Shown: piece by piece, positions 47,619-49,855 of the stretch
Numbering within the stretch: the first letter of the stretch is position 1
How the letters are laid out: the number at the start of each line of letters is the position of its first letter
Source of the DNA: Gnetum montanum
Lineage: Eukaryota; Plantae; Gnetophyta
DNA length: 49,855 nucleotides
Assembly: GCA_015680685.1 (NCBI GenBank)
Contig: MNCI01000751.1
Location: 369,893 to 419,747 of the forward strand
Direction: 5' to 3'
Notes under the pieces: generated by a model
Database searches by the model: none
Told to the model about the DNA's origin: nothing
The model's input: the letters and a program-made list of their open reading frames with translations, nothing else
Program-made: the position numbers and the translations under genes

Positions 47619-49855
47619 TGATGAATCATGTTTTTCATATGCTCCAATATTGAAGTGGGCCACAATATCGGGTATGCAATATCATGGCCCAAGATGCGAT
47701 ATCATACATTTAATATCACAAGGTTACTCTCGAGTCTATAAATACAACCCCCAAGCACACGATTGAGAGTATTTTTTGGTAGTCTAGTAGTGAAACTCTT
47801 GCAATTTGTCCATTTGAGAGTTAAAATATTTTCCAAGTGCCCGCAGTAGGAGATCTAAGTGTGATCAGATCTTTATTCAAGCACTGATGTACCTGTAGGC
47901 ACATTTAGCCATTTCATGGAGTAGCAAAGGTGATAAAATATGAATAAGCCATAGAAGATATTCAAAGCAAAAATATATATGATGGTTGTGCCTTATTGAT
48001 ATCAATGCTTGAAGTTTCATGTAGAAAATTGTTAAATAAAGATAGAGCATTTCAAATGATAAGAAAAATTCATCATGCTCCTTTGGAAAACGAAGGGTGA
48101 AAAGAGTTAAAAAGCTAAAAGATCCGGATCCCGTTTATGGATGCATCAAGGAAAAATATCAAAGTCCATATGGTAAGGTTTGAATAATGTTTTTACGGCA
48201 AGGAAAAAAACGCAATACGCGATGGGAGGAAAACAGACGAAATTGCCGTAAAGGAATAAAAATAGTCCAAAAAAATGCCTTATTTTTTACAGGAATCGCG
48301 TTGCAGGAGAATGCAAGGGTTTTTGCCCTGTAATGACTTTCATTTTTGTGACAAATCAACTGTTCTTTTGGCCCCAAATCAGCGGCATCTCTGCTAGTCG
48401 CGTTGTGCCAAAATTTCTTTTGTAGGGACATGGATTCAAAGGGGAAGAAGAACCTACATGGGCGCTGCCACTTCCAATTCTGAATTCAAATTTTACACAG
48501 CCAATTTGCCCACCTCCAAAGATGCCAATGTGTTCTGAGACGCATGAACTGCGTGAAGATTTTTTTGACCATTGCAGGGCCGTTCTTAACCTACCTTATT
48601 GGATGCCATATTTTCTAATGCTTAGATCTACGATACATTTGCCCTTAACCCTGAAATCAATGGCAGAAAACAAAAATGATTTTCAGGAACACGAAAATCC
48701 AGGAAGCCCTAAGCGAATTTGGGGCAAAATAAAATAGTTCCAGGCAACCGAAACCCTATGTCCAGGGCCATACGTCCAATACATCACTTCTGTTTCCAGA
48801 TCTTTCTCCTCCAACAACTAAACCTAGCAACGATGCCAGATGCAACAGCAGAGCCTTCTCCCGTGGTGGTGGTTGCTAACAATTCCTGGCAGGGGCAGGA
48901 TATTTCAGATATGTTCGATGGCAGTTCCAAGCTTGGCGCCTTCACATTCGGGCATTGAAGTTTCAAATTTTATTTTTTTTGCCATTTTCACTCGGGTGCA
49001 AGTGCATATAAAATATTTAAGAATAAGATACCAGCAATATTTATGCCAAGGTAGATATTATATTATCACCTTGTTTATAAAAACACTAAGAACTCCATAA
49101 GCATTCTTCAAATTTTAGAACAAGTAAAAAGGAAAGATTATTAGAGCTATATTTATGAACAATTATTGGAAATTATTGGAATTATTTTCAAAGGCAATAT
49201 TTATGTATCTCCTAACTTCCTAACTTCCTAAGTTAAATACTCCCTAACTTGTTGGGCAAGTCACTTGGGAGAGAAGTTAGGTAAGATATTTTTGCATATG
49301 TAACTACCTTTGAAACCTATAAAAAGGCTTCAAGGGAGGAAGAAGAGAAGGGATCTAAATAAGGAATCTCAATAAGAATCTCAATTGGAATCTCAATTTT
49401 TTAGGACTTTTGGGAGGTCTCATACATCACACTTTTGAGAAGACATTGGGATCACACTTGGGCTCTCAGTTGGAGACATACTTGAGGTCTTGAGAAGAGC
49501 TTTGTAAAGAAATTGTGAACGATTGCTTGCAAGATAGCTTGCTAGAGTAAATATTTCAGCCTCTTTGTCATGGTCCTGTGAGTTATGTATTTTTTTTTTT
49601 TGTTTAAATTGTATAGCCAGTGGTTTAGATAGTATCATCCTTGGCAAGTAATTTTGGGATTTTTAGATTGCTCTTATTGTTCTTGTTGCCTAATAGAAAT
49701 TTCTATTAAAATTTTGCCATAGAAGAACTTGTGTTTAAAAGCCTTAAGAGCATTTTAGTAGTAAATTTTGTTATTGTACAACGTGTGGGAACTGCTATTG
49801 AGATCGTTGTAAGAGAGTCTCTGTTTGTAGTCACGCCGTTGAACAATTCAGTAGT
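47619..49855 (+). mobile_element. Probable LTR sequence of one or two younger elements inserted into the 3' LTR of C
   Basis: Begins TGATG where similarity to the C LTR ends. TATA-like CTATAAATA at 47736-47744 and CTATAAAAAGG at 49317-49327. Possible second start TGATGTACC at 47885. CpG retained. No partner LTR in the window. Confidence 0.45.

Noticed and set aside
48159-49100. Cluster of 60-90 aa ORFs as a host gene
   Set aside because: Overlapping on both strands with no domain motif; the context suggests LTR sequence.

Overview
AT-rich, gene-free eukaryotic DNA, very probably from a land plant, made almost entirely of nested and decayed retroelements. It has one large N gap and several single-N joins. 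From left to right: (A) a pol-less copia/SIRE-like LTR element on the minus strand (859-7145; gag plus an env-like 'plant transposon protein' ORF); a heavily eroded MULE-like transposase relic that hosts (B), a 15.6-kb Ty3/gypsy chromovirus (11074-26712, minus strand, 498-bp LTRs, TSD CTTTG/CTTTA); (C) a Tat/Ogre-like gag-protease-only element (28473-~47615), interrupted by (D), a structurally complete pol-less SIRE-like element (38768-45270, TSD CTTAA); and younger LTR-like sequence at the right end. Element B holds the most unusual cargo. Its 3' LTR contains a young, GC-rich, poly(A)-tailed, 5'-truncated retroposon encoding a coiled coil plus a DnaJ-type J-domain with an intact HPD motif, with signs of being multicopy. 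Its 5' leader contains a ~4.3-kb antisense endogenous caulimovirid segment (CP-AP-RT-RNaseH plus ORF2, no movement protein seen) and a decayed intron-containing antisense gene. All family assignments come from recognising motifs by eye; no database searches were run.
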